NCBI GenBank assembly: GCA_963745025.1
Contig: CAVUWD010000020.1
Coordinates: 160,001-224,000, forward strand
Direction: 5' to 3'
Length of the DNA stretch: 64,000 nt
DNA from: an uncultured delta proteobacterium
Lineage (GTDB): Bacteria; Desulfobacterota; Binatia; JACPRU01
The notes below the pieces were generated by a model. It did no database searches, was not told where the DNA came from, and saw only the letters and a list, made by a program, of their open reading frames with translations. Of the stretch, positions 19,295 through 28,865 are shown one piece after another (the stretch's first letter is position 1; every line of letters starts with the position of its first letter). The position numbers and the translations under genes are program-made.

Positions 19295-19939
19295 CTACAG
19301 TTGTTTCTTGGAAAAGTACCAATCGGTCACGTCGAGGGTCTTATCCTTCATGCGCTTCTCGGCGTCTTCGAGGGTGAGCGGCGGGGGCTGGATCACCTTG
19401 TCTCCGGGCCGCCAGCCTTCGGGGGTAGCCACCCCCTGCTTCTTGCTCGTCTGTAGGCTCTGCACGATGCGCAGCACTTCGTCCACGCTCCGTCCGTTGG
19501 TCAGCGGGTAATAGATCATCGCCTTGAGCATGCCCTCGTCGTCGATGACGAACACGCAGCGGACCGTCGCGGTCGAGCTCGCCCCCGGATGGATCATCCC
19601 GTACTTCTGCGCCACCTTGGTGTCGAGATCGGCGATCAGCGGGTACTTCACCTTGACACCGAAGTGCTGCTCCATGCTGCGGATCCACGCGATGTGCGAA
19701 TAGATGCTGTCGATCGACAATCCCATGAGCTGGACGCCGAGCTTCTCGAACTCCGGCGCGCGCCGCGCGAACTCGGACAGCTCCGTCGTACAGACCGGCG
19801 TGAAGTCGGCTGGGTGTGAGAAGAGTACCACCCACTTCCCCCGGTAGTCCGAGAGCTTGACCGGTCCCTGCGTGGAGTTGGCTTGAAAATCTGGTGCTGG
19901 CTCGTTGAGTCTCGGTAGCGATGCGTTGGAAGTTTCCAT
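19295..19939 (-). CDS. 1-Cys peroxiredoxin (Prx6 family)
   Basis: FSHPADFTPVCTTE, YYP...GR, ATPEGWRPGDKVI; GAGGAGG RBS. Confidence 0.95.
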   Translation of the reverse strand: METSNASLPRLNEPAPDFQANSTQGPVKLSDYRGKWVVLFSHPADFTPVCTTELSEFARRAPEFEKLGVQLMGLSIDSIYSHIAWIRSMEQHFGVKVKYPLIADLDTKVAQKYGMIHPGASSTATVRCVFVIDDEGMLKAMIYYPLTNGRSVDEVLRIVQSLQTSKKQGVATPEGWRPGDKVIQPPPLTLEDAEKRMKDKTLDVTDWYFSKKQL

Positions 19940-20114
19940 GAGCGCTGTCCTCCTCTTCTTGTTCTGCCTGGCCAGGCAAAGCGTCACTCTATGCCCGGCG
20001 AAAAACCTTGTAAACGACCCACGACCACGGTGCGGGCCGGAGGCACCACCGCCGGGAAGCGCGTTATTCTAGCTTGCTTGCACCCGGCCGGGCGAGATTG
20101 CTAGCCTCACGACG

Positions 20115-21047
20115 ATGCAAGCTCCCGGGACGATTCTCGTCGTCGACGACCGCGAGTCGAACCGGCACCTCTTGAAGGACGTGCTCGAGAGCGCGGGGCA
20201 CAACGTGCTCTGCGCGAGCGATGGCGTGCAGGCGATCGAATTCGCCATCACCGGCAGGCCGGACGTGATTCTGCTCGACGTGAAGATGCCGGGGATGGAC
20301 GGATTCGAGGTCTGCGTCAAGCTCCAAGCGCTGGCCGAAACGGCCACGATCCCGATCATCTTCGTGACCGCCAACTACGCCGAGGAGCAGGACACGCTCC
20401 ACGGTCTCGAGGTCGGTGCCTACGACTATCTGGTGAAGCCGATCTCGCGCTCGGTGCTGCTCGCCCGCATTGGCGTGATGCTGCGCATTCATCGTTCCGA
20501 AGAGCGCATGCGGCAGCTGTCGATGATCGACGAGTTCACGGGCCTGTTCAGCAAGAACTACGTCGTGCGGCGGCTGGAAGAAGAGATGCAGCGCGCACAG
20601 CGGCGCGGCTCGCTCTTGACCGTGACGATGCTCGATCTCGACGCCTTCAAGAGCTGCAACGACACCTTCGGCCACCAGTTCGGCGACGAGGTTTTGAAGC
20701 GGGTGTCGGGCACGCTGAAGACGAACATGCGTCTTCGCGACTCGGTGGGGCGCTACGGCGGCGAAGAGTTCCTGATCGTTCAACCGGAGCTCACCGAGAG
20801 TGAAGCCGTCGCCATGGTGGGACGCTTGAAGCAAAACGTTGCGGAGGAATGCCTCTACGGCGAGGGTCGTGAGCTGCAGGTGACCCTCAGTGCTGGCATC
20901 GCCGAGTGGGATCGGCGCCTGGGTGCCGAGGATCTGATTCGCCGGGCGGACTGTGCGCTCTACGCAGCCAAGCGAGCGGGGAAGAATCAGACGGTGTGCT
21001 ACGCCCAGATGAACGGCGCTTCCGCGCCTGTGTCGGTCGCGCGTTGA
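20115..21047 (+). CDS. response regulator-diguanylate cyclase (REC-GGDEF)
   Basis: LVVDD, LLDVKMP, DYLVKP; DLDAFK, RLRD I-site, GRYGGEEF, LYAAKRAGKN. Confidence 0.93.
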   Translation: MQAPGTILVVDDRESNRHLLKDVLESAGHNVLCASDGVQAIEFAITGRPDVILLDVKMPGMDGFEVCVKLQALAETATIPIIFVTANYAEEQDTLHGLEVGAYDYLVKPISRSVLLARIGVMLRIHRSEERMRQLSMIDEFTGLFSKNYVVRRLEEEMQRAQRRGSLLTVTMLDLDAFKSCNDTFGHQFGDEVLKRVSGTLKTNMRLRDSVGRYGGEEFLIVQPELTESEAVAMVGRLKQNVAEECLYGEGRELQVTLSAGIAEWDRRLGAEDLIRRADCALYAAKRAGKNQTVCYAQMNGASAPVSVAR

Positions 21048-21080
21048 CGGATCCGCTGGAGCTCCCGAGGAGGTCGGCGG

Positions 21081-21382
21081 ATGAAACGCTCGCTCGTCGT
21101 GGCGGTTGCCGCTCTGTCGTTCGCGCTGGCGAAGACGGCGGCGCTCGCGGCGTGAACTGTAAGGTCGGCGGCGACGCCAAGGCCGACGCGAAGGGCTCGC
21201 CGGTGGGGACCGACGCGGGCGTGGGTTCCTCGACGGGTACCGGGCCGGCTTCACCGAAGCAGCAGCGCGCGCCGCTCACCAGCGCCTTGACGGGTTGCGG
21301 CGCAGTCGATATTCGCGACTGCACGCGAAGCTTCGACTTCATGAGGTCGGGATCCGGCAATGCGGAGCGCATGACGAAATGA
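21081..21382 (+). pseudogene. small secreted protein, frameshifted after the signal peptide
   Basis: GAGGAGG RBS then MKRSLVVAVAALSFALAKTAALA; continues as GVNCKVGGDAKADAKG... only after a frame change at ~21150. Confidence 0.5.
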
Positions 21383-21546
21383 CGGCCCGCCAAGGCAAAA
21401 TCGTGGTCGCGGCGACGGTTCTCGTCCTGAGCGCGCTGCTGTTCTGGCAGGCGCTCGCCACCGGCGCCTGGGTCGGCTTCGCGGTGACCGAAGTCCAGGT
21501 GCTGGCGCCGATGGGCATCTCGTGGCGGGTCCTGAGCGGCTGGTAA
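21379..21546 (+). CDS. small membrane protein (55 aa)
   Basis: MTARQGKIVVAATVLVLSALLFWQALATGAWVGFAV...; ATGA overlap with the preceding frame. Confidence 0.55.
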   Translation: MTARQGKIVVAATVLVLSALLFWQALATGAWVGFAVTEVQVLAPMGISWRVLSGW

Positions 21547-21588
21547 GGAAGAACCCGCGCTGCCTCGCCACGCGGAAAGGAGACCTAC

Positions 21589-22524
21589 GTGCCCACCGAA
21601 ACGATCCACTTCGGCCTGACACTTCCTCAGATCAAGCGGAGCTGGCAGGAGACCCGCGCCGCCGCCCTGGAGTTCGAGGCCCTCGGCTACCATTCGCTCT
21701 GGTTGAACGATCATCTCTACGGTATCCCGATGCCGACGATCCCGATCCTCGAGGCGTGGACGACCTTGTCGGCCGTGGGAGGCATTACCTCCCGGCCGGA
21801 GCTCGGCCTGCTCGTGTCTCCGCCGGGCTTCCGCAATCCGGCGCTCTTCGCGAAGATGGTAGCGACGCTCGACCACATCACCGGCGGACGGGTGATCGTC
21901 GGCCTCGGTGCGGGCTGGTTCGCGCAGGAGTTCGAGGGCTATGGCTTCCCGTTCCCGCCGGCTCGCGAGCGCCTGGAGCAGCTTCGCGAGACGATCACGA
22001 TCATGAAGCGGATGTGGACCGAGGAGACGCCGACATTCACGGGCAAGCACTTCCGGGTCGAGTCGGTCATCTGCCAGCCGCGCCCGTCGCGGCGCCCGCC
22101 GGTCCTCATCGGTGGCGGCGGTGAAAAGGTGCTGCTGGCGATTGCCGCCGAGCACGCCGATATCTGGAACAACCTCGCCGTCCATCAAGGCGCACTGGCG
22201 AGAAAGATCGAGGTGCTCCGCCGTCATTGCCGCGAGGTGGGACGGGACTTCGACGCCATCACCATTTCGCAGCAGACCCTCGTCGTGATCGGCGAAGACG
22301 AGAAGGACGGTCGCGAGAAGATGGAGAAGGCGACCCACCTCTACGGCAGGCACTTCGGCGACATCGACAATGCCGGCATCTGGGGGAGCCCGGATCAGGT
22401 CGTCGAGCGGATCCAGCGCCACATGCGTCTCGGCGTTCGCCACTTCGTGATCGAGTTCTTCGGCCGCGACACGCGCGCGTCCGCGAAGCTCTTCGCCGAA
22501 ACGGTGATGCCGGCATTCAACTGA
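21589..22524 (+). CDS. LLM-class (probably F420-dependent) oxidoreductase
   Basis: AAGGAG RBS; W.NDH, LEAWTTL, FRNPALFAKM.ATLDHITGGR...GLGAGW..E, IGGGGEK. Confidence 0.92.
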   Translation: MPTETIHFGLTLPQIKRSWQETRAAALEFEALGYHSLWLNDHLYGIPMPTIPILEAWTTLSAVGGITSRPELGLLVSPPGFRNPALFAKMVATLDHITGGRVIVGLGAGWFAQEFEGYGFPFPPARERLEQLRETITIMKRMWTEETPTFTGKHFRVESVICQPRPSRRPPVLIGGGGEKVLLAIAAEHADIWNNLAVHQGALARKIEVLRRHCREVGRDFDAITISQQTLVVIGEDEKDGREKMEKATHLYGRHFGDIDNAGIWGSPDQVVERIQRHMRLGVRHFVIEFFGRDTRASAKLFAETVMPAFN

Positions 22525-22661
22525 GGATCGGGTGGAGAATCCGCTCAGAAACACCGCGCCCGAGATGCGCCGACGCGGAAGCGCGTTCGGCCTCGCGACG
22601 ATTGGCGGGGACATGGGGCAGGGGGTGGCGACCATCCTCGAGATCGAGGATTGATTCGTTT

Positions 22662-23333
22662 GTGTCCGCCGTTGCTATCCTCGCATTGTACGTGGGTCCG
22701 TCTCTTGCGATCGGCGGCATTCTCTTCGCTTCGGCCGGTCGGTTCGACGTGCCGGCGGTCTGGTGGGCATACCTGGGGGTGTGGCTCGTCGTTTCGGTGG
22801 CCGGCGCGCTGAGCGCAGATCCGGGTCTCGTACAGGAGCGGCTCCGGCCGGGTCCGGGCGCGCGAGAGAGCTTGTTGCTCGCCGCCGTGATCGCAGGGGC
22901 GCTCACCGCGAGCCACTTCGTCATCGCGGGTCTCGATGTGGGCCGCTTCCACTGCTCCGATTCGGTTCCGGTCGCGCTCCGGTGGGCCGGCCTGGTCGTT
23001 CTCGTCGCCTCCTTGGGGATCGCGCAGTGGGCAACCACCGTGAATCGTTTCTTCTCGTCGGTGGTTCGCGTCCAGTCCGAGCGCGGTCATCGCGTGATCT
23101 CCTCGGGCCCATACGCCTATGTGCGGCATCCCGGGTACGCCGGAGCCATCGGGTTCGCGCTGTGCAGCGGGATCGCGCTCGGATCGTGGCTCTCGATCTT
23201 GCCCAATCTCATGGCAATCGGCCTGCTCGTCCGGCGGATTTCTAGGGAGGAGCGGGTTCTTCGCGAAGGACTCCCGGGGTACGAGAGCTACCAGCAGCGT
23301 GTCCGCTATCGGCTCGTGCCGGGACTCTGGTAG
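22662..23333 (+). CDS. isoprenylcysteine carboxyl methyltransferase (ICMT/PEMT) family membrane protein
   Basis: NRFFS..VRVQ.ERGH.VI.SGPYAYVRHPGY, EER.L...LPGY..Y...VRYRLVPG. Confidence 0.88.
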   Translation: MSAVAILALYVGPSLAIGGILFASAGRFDVPAVWWAYLGVWLVVSVAGALSADPGLVQERLRPGPGARESLLLAAVIAGALTASHFVIAGLDVGRFHCSDSVPVALRWAGLVVLVASLGIAQWATTVNRFFSSVVRVQSERGHRVISSGPYAYVRHPGYAGAIGFALCSGIALGSWLSILPNLMAIGLLVRRISREERVLREGLPGYESYQQRVRYRLVPGLW

Positions 23334-23571
23334 CCAATTCCAACGATGCAATCCGCCGCTCTTGCGCGGGCTCGGCCGTGCGAGTAGCGGTGGATTGGCT
23401 GATGGCTGACGAACGGGCCCGATTCGTCCTCGGGATTTGCGCCGCACGGCGGCTTCTCCCGCATAGCCGCCGTGGCGCTACGCCAGGGACCGCTGCTCGG
23501 AGCGATCACCCGAGGCGCCCGGCGTTGGCTCGTCGAATGATCAAGGGGGCTCGAGCGTTCCAAAGCCGCTC

Positions 23572-24489
23572 ATGATTCTCGAGTCGGCCGTTCTCGACGT
23601 GAAACCGGGTCAAAGCACCGCCTTCGAGGCGGCGTTCGCCCGAGCGCGCTCGATTCTCGCAGCCGCCGACGGTCATCTCTCGCACGAGCTCCGACGCTCG
23701 GTGGAGAAACCGGGCCGCTACCTGCTGCTCGTGCGCTGGCGGACGCTCGAGGATCATACCACGGGCTTCCGCGGCTCCGCGGCCTACCAGGAATGGAAGC
23801 AGCTGCTGCACCACTTCTACGATCCGTTTCCGACGGTCGAACACTACGAATCGCTGGCGAAGTCGGCGGGATCCGCGCGGCTGGTCGAGTTCTTCTTTTC
23901 GCCGGCGAGCCGCGACTCGTATTTGGCGGCCAGCCAGCTGGCGGCACTCGAGGCCGAGACCGGCTGCCGGGTGGAATGGCGGCCCGTGAACGGCCCCGAC
24001 ATCCGCGCGCTTCGCGGCCGTGCTCCGTTCGTCGGCGCCCCGGTCTCGGGGCAATGCGAGTGGGCCTACCGGCGGCGCGACGCTGAGCGCTGGGCACGCC
24101 ATTACGGCATTCCGTTTCGGGAGCCGCCGGCTCACGAATTCGACTCCCGGTTTCTGGTGAGCGCCGCCACGGTCGCCAAGCGGCTCGGCCGTGCGGCCGA
24201 CTACGGATGGCGTCTCTGTTCGGCGGTTTACGGCTCCGGCGAGTGGCCGATCGACGAAGCCGTATGTCTGCGGATCGCGGAGGAGCTTGGCCTCGACCCT
24301 GGGTCGTTCGCTTCGACGCTCCGCGATCGGGAAACCGAACGCCAGTTGACCGAGGCCGCTCGGGAAGCGTACGCCCGGGGAGCCTTCGGCGTACCCACGT
24401 TCTTCGTCGGCGACCAGATGTTCTGGGGCAACGATCGGATCGCGATTCTGCGTCATGCTCTCCTCGGCGAAGGTTGGGAAGGCGCCTGA
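23572..24489 (+). CDS. fusion of an antibiotic-biosynthesis monooxygenase (ABM) domain and a DsbA-like HCCA isomerase/GST-kappa domain
   Basis: N-terminal MILE.A.L.VKPG...FE.AF...HFYDPFPTVEH; C-terminal S..SYLA, D..RWA..YGIPF, GAFGVPTF.V...FWGNDR. Confidence 0.85.
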   Translation: MILESAVLDVKPGQSTAFEAAFARARSILAAADGHLSHELRRSVEKPGRYLLLVRWRTLEDHTTGFRGSAAYQEWKQLLHHFYDPFPTVEHYESLAKSAGSARLVEFFFSPASRDSYLAASQLAALEAETGCRVEWRPVNGPDIRALRGRAPFVGAPVSGQCEWAYRRRDAERWARHYGIPFREPPAHEFDSRFLVSAATVAKRLGRAADYGWRLCSAVYGSGEWPIDEAVCLRIAEELGLDPGSFASTLRDRETERQLTEAAREAYARGAFGVPTFFVGDQMFWGNDRIAILRHALLGEGWEGA

Positions 24490-24494
24490 AGCGT

Positions 24495-24938
24495 ATGCCA
24501 GTCGAAGTCATCGGCATCGACCACGTCTACGTAGCGGTGCGCGACCTCGGTCGCTCCGAACGATTCTACGACCGCGTGATGGGCGTCCTCGGATATCGCA
24601 AGATTCAATCCGCGATCGCGGGAGAACCTCACGTCCACTACTACAACCGCCAATTCGGTTTCTCGCTGCGGCCGGCGCGGCCCGCGACGCCGGACCACGA
24701 CCCGTACGCGCCGGGCCTCCATCACCTCTGCTTCCGCGTGCTCGACGAGAAGGCCGTCGATCGAGCGGCCGCCGAGCTGCGCAGCGGGGGCATCGCGGCG
24801 AGCGATCCGCGTGCCTATCCCGAGTATTCCACCGACTACTACGCGACCTTCTTCACCGATCCAGACGGCGTGCGCCTCGAGATCACGAACTTCCGCGAGA
24901 TTCGCCGGCGGCGCATGTTCGATTGGGACTGCGCGTGA
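24495..24938 (+). CDS. VOC/glyoxalase family protein
   Basis: GIDHVY..V.D...[25 protein letters not shown]. Confidence 0.9.
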   Translation: MPVEVIGIDHVYVAVRDLGRSERFYDRVMGVLGYRKIQSAIAGEPHVHYYNRQFGFSLRPARPATPDHDPYAPGLHHLCFRVLDEKAVDRAAAELRSGGIAASDPRAYPEYSTDYYATFFTDPDGVRLEITNFREIRRRRMFDWDCA

Positions 24939-24950
24939 CGAAAAATCGGA

Positions 24951-26069
24951 CTACTTGCCGACGGCTTCCTCGGGGGGATGATGCGCGAGGCCGAAGGCCT
25001 CGGCCACGCCGCGGTGAGTGACTTTACCGTCGTAGACGTTGATCGCCCGCCGCAGCGGGGCGTTCTCGCGGGCGGCCGGTTCGAGCCCGTGATCGGCGAT
25101 CGCCAGCGCATAGGAGAAGGTGGCGTTGGTGAGCGCGTAGGTCGAGGTGTGCGGGACGATCCCCGGCATGTTCGTGACGCAGTAGTGGACCACGCCCTCC
25201 TCGACGTAGATCGGGTCGTGGTGCGTCGTCGGCCGCGCGGTATCGATGCATCCGCCCTGATCGATCGAGATGTCGACGATGGCGGCGCCATCGGCCATGC
25301 GCCGCACCAGCGACCGGGAAACGAGCCGCGGGGCGCGAGCCCCGGGGATCAGCACGGATCCGATGACGAGGTCCGCGGCGAACACTTCCTCTTCGATGTT
25401 CGCCCGATTCGACATCACCGTGGTGACGTGGCCGCCGAGGATGTCGTGGACGTAGCGAAGTCGTGCGGGATTGACGTCGAGGATGCTGACGTGTGCGCCG
25501 ACGCCTACGGCGACCTTGCATGCATTGGCCCCCGCGATGCCCGCGCCGAGGATGACGACCTTGGCGGGACGCACTCCCGAAGCGCCGCCGAGCAGTACGC
25601 CGCGGCCGCCGTTCTCCGCCTGCAAGCACCACGCGCCGACCTGGACCGATAGACGTCCCGCCACCTCGCTCATCGGCGCTAGCAGCGGCAGCGAGCCGTC
25701 GTCCAGCTGCACGGTCTCGTAGCCGACGGCGCGAACTCCCGTGGCGACGAGCGCGCGCGTCAGCGGCTCGTTCGCGGCTAGGTGAAGATAGGTGAATAGC
25801 ACGAGCCCGGGACGGAGGTAGGCGTACTCGTGGGCGACAGGCTCCTTCACCTTGAGGACCAGCTCGGCGCCGCTCCAGACGTCGTCGGCGCGAGCGGGGA
25901 TCTCGGCGCCCGCGCTTCGATACGCGTCGTCGGAGATCCGGCTTCCCGCGCCCGCGCGGCTCTCGACCAGCACACGGTGGCCGTGGCTGACGAGTCCCGC
26001 GACGCCGCTCGGCGTGACGGCAACTCGGTTTTCGTCGTCTTTCACCTCGCGTGGGACACCGATGCGCAT
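24951..26069 (-). CDS. ald: alanine dehydrogenase
   Basis: [45 protein letters not shown]. Confidence 0.97.
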   Translation of the reverse strand: MRIGVPREVKDDENRVAVTPSGVAGLVSHGHRVLVESRAGAGSRISDDAYRSAGAEIPARADDVWSGAELVLKVKEPVAHEYAYLRPGLVLFTYLHLAANEPLTRALVATGVRAVGYETVQLDDGSLPLLAPMSEVAGRLSVQVGAWCLQAENGGRGVLLGGASGVRPAKVVILGAGIAGANACKVAVGVGAHVSILDVNPARLRYVHDILGGHVTTVMSNRANIEEEVFAADLVIGSVLIPGARAPRLVSRSLVRRMADGAAIVDISIDQGGCIDTARPTTHHDPIYVEEGVVHYCVTNMPGIVPHTSTYALTNATFSYALAIADHGLEPAARENAPLRRAINVYDGKVTHRGVAEAFGLAHHPPEEAVGK

Positions 26070-26108
26070 GCGGTAGCAATGATCGAGGCACGAACGGAAC
26101 GCAAGTGC

Positions 26109-26332
26109 GGATCGAGCGGACGGCAGCTACGCGCCGCCTCATGCCAAGATCGAGGGCCGCCGCTCACCCGCTCAACCCACGGTGCGGCGCTGGCCTCCCC
26201 GTCATTGATGGAAGAGCCTCTACGACAATTCTTCGCAATGGCGGTTGGGCCGGAGCGGAGCGGTTGCTCAGCGACGAGCGGCGGGGCACGATGCAGGCAC
26301 GAGGCAGCGCGTGGCTGCCGTTCGCTCCATCC
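26109..26332. repeat. long imperfect palindrome (MITE-like element or rod-shaped RNA)
   Basis: 32-nt arms 26114-26145 and 26296-26327 (28/32 complementary) plus nested inner stems. Confidence 0.65.
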
Positions 26333-26404
26333 CCGCCGCAGCTCGCAATCCCACGATTGACCAGTGCCACCAAGTTGGCTAGCACCTCGATCGAAGGGAC
26401 GTTC

Positions 26405-27277
26405 GTGGGCGAGATCCTTGATGGAAAGAGCGCCGCGCGCGAAGTCCGGGAGCGAGTCCGGACGGAGACTGCGGCGCTCGCCGAACGACACGGGGTCAAG
26501 CCCGGACTCGCCACCGTGCTCGTCGGCGAAGATCCTGCTTCGAAGATCTACGTCGGCTCCAAGCTGAAGGCTTGTGGCGAGGTCGGCTTCCGCTCGTTCG
26601 CGCGCGAGCTGCCGGCGACCACGACCGAGTCCGAGCTTCTCGCGGTCGTCGATGAGCTCAACGCCGATCCCAACGTGCACGGCATCCTCGTCCAGCTTCC
26701 GCTTCCGAAAGGGCTCGACGAGAAGCGCGTGATCTTCCGTCTCTCGCCGGAGAAGGACGTCGACGGGCTTCACCCGGTGAGCCAAGGCCGGCTCCTCGCC
26801 GGCGAGCCGGGGTTCCGGCCCTGCACGCCGCTCGGGGTCATGTATCTCGTTCAGAAGACCGGCATCGGTCTGGCGGGTAAGCGCGCCGTGGTGATCGGTC
26901 GCAGCCGGCTCGTCGGCAAGCCGGTCGCGGTGCTGCTTCTCGAGCAGCACGCGACCGTCACGGTGTGCCACTCCCGGACGGTGGATCTCGCGGGCGAGGT
27001 CGGCAACGCGGAGGTTCTCGTGGCGGCGATCGGCAAGGCCGAGATGATCCGCGGTGAGTGGATCCGTCCCGGCAGCGTGGTCATCGACGTCGGCATCAAC
27101 CGTACCGGCTCCGGGCTCAAGGGCGACGTGGAGTATGCGGCGGCGTCCGAGCGCGCCGCGTACATCACGCCCGTGCCGGGAGGCGTGGGTCCGATGACGG
27201 TCGCGATGCTGATGCAAAACACGCTGGCCGCCGCTCGGCGGAGCGCGGGAATTCCCGCCGGATCGGCCGCGCAGTGA
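26405..27277 (+). CDS. folD: bifunctional methylene-THF dehydrogenase/cyclohydrolase
   Basis: [50 protein letters not shown]. Confidence 0.97.
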   Translation: MGEILDGKSAAREVRERVRTETAALAERHGVKPGLATVLVGEDPASKIYVGSKLKACGEVGFRSFARELPATTTESELLAVVDELNADPNVHGILVQLPLPKGLDEKRVIFRLSPEKDVDGLHPVSQGRLLAGEPGFRPCTPLGVMYLVQKTGIGLAGKRAVVIGRSRLVGKPVAVLLLEQHATVTVCHSRTVDLAGEVGNAEVLVAAIGKAEMIRGEWIRPGSVVIDVGINRTGSGLKGDVEYAAASERAAYITPVPGGVGPMTVAMLMQNTLAAARRSAGIPAGSAAQ

Positions 27278-28386
27278 GCGTTGCGGTGGCCGGGGAGGCC
27301 GTGCGCCGGACGCCGCTCTACGATGCGCACCGGCGGCTCGGTGGACGCATGGTGGAGTTCGCAGGCTGGGAGATGCCGGTCTACTACGCTGGCATTCTCG
27401 AAGAGCATCGCGCCGTACGCGAGCACGCGGGGCTTTTCGACGTCAGCCACATGGGCGAGATCGAGGTGAGGGGTCCGCGAGCGCTCGCGGCATGCCAAAA
27501 ACTGGTGACGAACGACGCGACGGCGCTGAGACCGGGGAGGGCGCAGTACGCCGTGATGTGCCTTCCCTCGGGCGGCATCGTCGACGACGTGATCTACTAC
27601 TGTCTCGCCCCCGATCGGTTTCTCTTCTGCGTCAACGCGTCCAACGAGGAGAAGGACTATCGTTGGATGAAGCAGCACGCCGGGGGCGCGCAGGTGATCA
27701 ATCGCAGCGCCGATTTCGCGCAGCTCGCGCTCCAGGGCCCCAAGGCGCCGACGATTCTCCAGCCGTTGACGACGATCGACCTCGCCGCGCTCGAGAGCTT
27801 CGGCGCGATCGAGGGGGAAATCGCCGGTGCCCGGGCGCTCGTCTCGCGCACCGGCTACACGGGTGAGGATGGCTTCGAGATCTACCTCTCGCCGTCCGAT
27901 GCCGAAAGGGTGTGGGATCGGCTGCTCGCGGAGGGCGCGCCGCGGGGCCTCGTGCCGGTCGGCCTCGGGGCGCGCGATACGCTCCGCCTCGAGAAGGGCC
28001 TGATGCTCTACGGCAACGACATCGACGAGGAGACGACGCCGCTCGAGGCGGGTCTCGGCTGGGTCGTCAAGCTCGACAAGGGAGGTTTCATCGGTCGCGA
28101 GGCGCTCGTCCGGCAGAAGGCCGAAGGCGTGCGTCGGCGGCTCGTCGGTCTCTCGATGGAAGGTACTGCGGCGCCGCCGCGCCATGGGTATCGAATCCTA
28201 CACTCGGGCCGGCCGGTCGGCGTCGTCACCAGTGGGACCAAATCGCCCACCCTCGGCCGAGGAGTTGCGCTGGGCCTCGTCGAGCGATCGGTCTCCGAGA
28301 TCGGCACCAAGCTTGAAGTCGAAATTCGCGGTCGACAGCATTCGGCCGAAGTCGTGGCGCTGCCGTTCGTGCGCCGCCAGAAGTAG
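27274..28386 (+). CDS. gcvT: glycine cleavage system aminomethyltransferase T
   Basis: [42 protein letters not shown]. Confidence 0.97.
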   Translation: MSVAVAGEAVRRTPLYDAHRRLGGRMVEFAGWEMPVYYAGILEEHRAVREHAGLFDVSHMGEIEVRGPRALAACQKLVTNDATALRPGRAQYAVMCLPSGGIVDDVIYYCLAPDRFLFCVNASNEEKDYRWMKQHAGGAQVINRSADFAQLALQGPKAPTILQPLTTIDLAALESFGAIEGEIAGARALVSRTGYTGEDGFEIYLSPSDAERVWDRLLAEGAPRGLVPVGLGARDTLRLEKGLMLYGNDIDEETTPLEAGLGWVVKLDKGGFIGREALVRQKAEGVRRRLVGLSMEGTAAPPRHGYRILHSGRPVGVVTSGTKSPTLGRGVALGLVERSVSEIGTKLEVEIRGRQHSAEVVALPFVRRQK

Positions 28387-28397
28387 GGAGGACCAGC

Positions 28398-28850
28398 ATG
28401 AAGTTTCCGAAGAAGCTCCGCTATACCCGAGAGCACGAATGGGTGCTGATCGAGGGCAACCAGGCGACGGTTGGCATCACGGACTTCGCGCAGCACGAGC
28501 TCGGCGAGGTTGTCTACGTCGAGCTGCCCAAGGTCGGTGATTCGGTCACCAAGGACGAGCCGTTCGGTGTCGTCGAGTCCGTGAAGGCGGCCTCCGACGT
28601 CTATGCGCCGGTCTCCGGGGAGGTCACCGAAAGCAACGACGACCTGGTTTCGAGCCCAGAGCTGATCAACGACGATCCGTATGGAGACGCGTGGCTGATC
28701 CGCGTGGAGATGAGCGACTCTTCCGAGCTCGAGCACCTGATGACGGCACAGGATTACAAGGACTACGTGGAGGAGGAAGGCGAGGGGGAGGAAGCGGAAG
28801 AGCCAGAAGACGAAGAGATCGATGACGATGAAGACGAGGATGAGGAATAG
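28398..28850 (+). CDS. gcvH: glycine cleavage system H protein with acidic C-terminal tail
   Basis: HEW, GITDFAQ, VESVKAASD (lipoyl-Lys), N.DPYG.AW. Confidence 0.97.
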   Translation: MKFPKKLRYTREHEWVLIEGNQATVGITDFAQHELGEVVYVELPKVGDSVTKDEPFGVVESVKAASDVYAPVSGEVTESNDDLVSSPELINDDPYGDAWLIRVEMSDSSELEHLMTAQDYKDYVEEEGEGEEAEEPEDEEIDDDEDEDEE

Positions 28851-28865
28851 TTTGCGTCGATCGCG

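Noticed and set aside
26095-26345. Integron attC site
   Set aside because: No RYYYAAC/GTTRRRY core ends, no cassette array and no integrase.
26330-27300. Glycine or ZTP riboswitch for folD-gcv
   Set aside because: No recognisable aptamer consensus upstream of folD, and gcvT overlaps folD directly.
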